DNA of 64,000 nucleotides from Marsupella aquatica (Eukaryota > Plantae > Marchantiophyta). The notes beneath the pieces are model-generated. The model was not told the DNA's origin. It ran no database searches and was given only the letters and a program-made list of their open reading frames with translations. Numbering within the stretch: the first letter of the stretch is position 1; each line of letters opens with the position of its first letter. Position numbers and translations under genes: made by a program. The stretch is taken from assembly GCA_973895155.1 (NCBI GenBank), contig OZ316893.1, positions 744,860 through 808,859 of the forward strand. Reading direction: 5' to 3'. Shown here piece after piece: positions 62,141 to 64,000 of this stretch.

Positions 62141-62771
62141 CAAGCAGCGTTGAACTGCGAGGCCGAACAAAGTGTAACCTAAACTCATCAAAATGTATCC
62201 TAAACGCCTCACGTAACCCAGCTGTAGTCAACTTCCGGTTGCTATAACGGTAAGATGACCGGCTGGGTTATTGACGGTCACCAATTTTGGGCACCAACTA
62301 TTTTGCGGTCAGAGTCCTCCCCGCGAATTCCCGGCAGCTGAAAAGTTCCGCGGGACACCTAGTTTGAGACGCCCTAATAGTATCAATGTCTTCTGTTTTG
62401 TAAACTTTTTTACATGCATCCTCGGAAACAATTGATCCCACATTTTGGAGATTTTGCTTGCAGTTCACTAGGTTTTTTCAAGGTCTTCACAAGCTTCACA
62501 CTGTCATTCAGGTCCCACTCTGAAGGTGAGGCATTACTTCAACAGCAGTTCAATGCAATGGGTGCACAGGGAGGCCTCCTATGAGAGCTAATGGGCATAG
62601 GGGTCAATGTGGAGTTACTAGTCTGGCCCAAGGTATTGAAAAGCACCTATTGTGATCAGATTGTTCATAGTAATGAGATCTTGAGGTGGGGCAGACCACC
62701 ATGGCAACAACTTAGGATATCAACTCAGGAAATTTTTACTGTCTGGGATATTAATGTACTCCGCAAAAGTC

Positions 62772-63329
62772 TGAAAATGTGCAATCCTCATGTGTAATGT
62801 TGGAAAGCTCAATGAAGGCAAATTATTGCATGCAACTCTATTTCTTGGTATGAGTCAATTTTTTTGCTCTTTAGATCCAATGATCCATCTCTAAGTTGGT
62901 AACTGTTGATTTGAAGACAGCCTGAATATTGTCTCCCCAAATGGTCCACTCGGGGGTCCACTTTAAACTTTTTATCCCCGCCTGAACGGGATCTGTGATA
63001 AAAAAAAGTTGACTAATCCAAGCCAAACGATTGTGTTAAGTGTCACGTGAAGATAACATTCTTCCACATAGGTAAACTTTTGGCCAGTTATCAACAAGTT
63101 GTGAAATTGTTCTTGATCAAGAAGTCTATGAGTCAAATAATTGTACTAGGCATTATGTAAGTTCAACATCCATCTTGCGGACCATCTTGTCTACTAAAAA
63201 GGTCCATTGGCCATTTACCCCTACTTGAAATGGTTCTGTGATGATTTTGCAGAGATGAACAGGTTTTGTTATCAAGTAAAGTAAGCCCCAAATTACCCAA
63301 AAATTTCACATGAGGATTGCACATTTTCA
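62772..63329. repeat. 23-bp perfect inverted repeat pair about 510 bp apart (possible old non-autonomous element)
   Basis: TGAAAATGTGCAATCCTCATGTG (62772-62794) and CACATGAGGATTGCACATTTTCA (63307-63329); no TSD seen. Confidence 0.6.
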
Positions 63330-64000
63330 AATCTCTAGAAGAACAGCTAACACAAAAGTTTCAGGGGGTCTAAAATATAACAAAACTTTTAAGGGGGGTT
63401 CAAAGTGTAACAATTTTTTTATGGGTGTCCATCAAGTACAAATTTTCAGCTAAGGGGTCCACCAAGTCTATGCCTCTAAAAAGACCACAAGGACATAAAG
63501 TTGAATGAGTAGTTATTATTAATGAGGAATAATTATTGTGGTGTTAATGGGGGTGTTACCTGGTTCTCCTAGAGGCTACTTTGTTTTATTGAGAAACTTG
63601 TTGTATATGTTTGTTTCAATTTGCCTTAGACAGGGTCTGGACAAGGTGCTTCTTTCGTATTGTTGGATATTGAAATTGTTTTTGCACCCCTCTCATTGTT
63701 CTTATATATTTTTCTTCCTCCAAGACCCCCTCTTTAGGTTTATATTTATTTTTCAATCTTTGCCATCCCTTGTTAGAGTATGTTATTTTCTTCCTTAAAT
63801 TTCAAGTAACATGTAATTGACATTTCATACATGAGGGATTACTAAGCCGTTAAGCTATCTCTTCACAGGATCGTGAAAAATAAAGGTTTAAAGAAAATGT
63901 CATCCCACCAAGTGAGGCATGGGTGTGTGGTAGCTCACTTGAGTGTAGACTCATAATTCAAATGTTGTATCTGACGACTCCCTTTCTGTTGGATTTCCCT

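Larger units (their letters stand above)
57186..62375. mobile_element. Complete PIF/Harbinger-superfamily (PHIS, Pangu-like) DNA transposon, 5190 bp, three ORFs
   Basis: TIRs AGGGGGTCTCAAACTAGGCG (57186-) and CACCTAGTTTGAGACGCCCT (-62375); 3-bp TSD AAT at 57183-57185 and 62376-62378; internal Harbinger-type DDE transposase. Confidence 0.92.

Noticed and set aside
63915-63985. tRNA-like string (TAGCTCA...GACTCATAAT)
   Set aside because: No GTTCRA T-loop and no pairing acceptor stem; at most a very degenerate tRNA-derived relic.

Overview
Eukaryotic nuclear DNA from a non-seed land plant. This is inferred from short GT-AG introns and plant-type orthologues; a compact bryophyte or lycophyte genome is likely but cannot be proven here. 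Five apparently intact housekeeping genes are present: TAF15-like, a heptahelical/PAQR (HHP) protein, mitochondrial complex I 51-kDa subunit (CDS intronless), UVSSA and KOBITO1-like. A DUF1990/UPF0548 gene has an in-frame stop, and there is a decayed Crinkler-type REase+kinase gene. Mobile DNA is abundant: a 5'-truncated CRE-like non-LTR retrotransposon (RT + restriction-like endonuclease) with short 3'-end copies, and three copies of a ~290-330 bp MITE with 8-bp TSDs, two of which form a large inverted repeat. The most notable feature is a complete 5.19-kb PIF/Harbinger-superfamily (Pangu-like) DNA transposon at 57186-62375, with TIRs and an AAT TSD. It carries three genes: a broken DDE transposase, an intact accessory DNA-binding-type ORF, and an unexpected intact ORF resembling the RPA70 C-terminal zinc-ribbon OB fold. 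A non-autonomous MITE of the same family sits at 23848-24235. All family assignments come from motif recognition by eye; no database searches were run.
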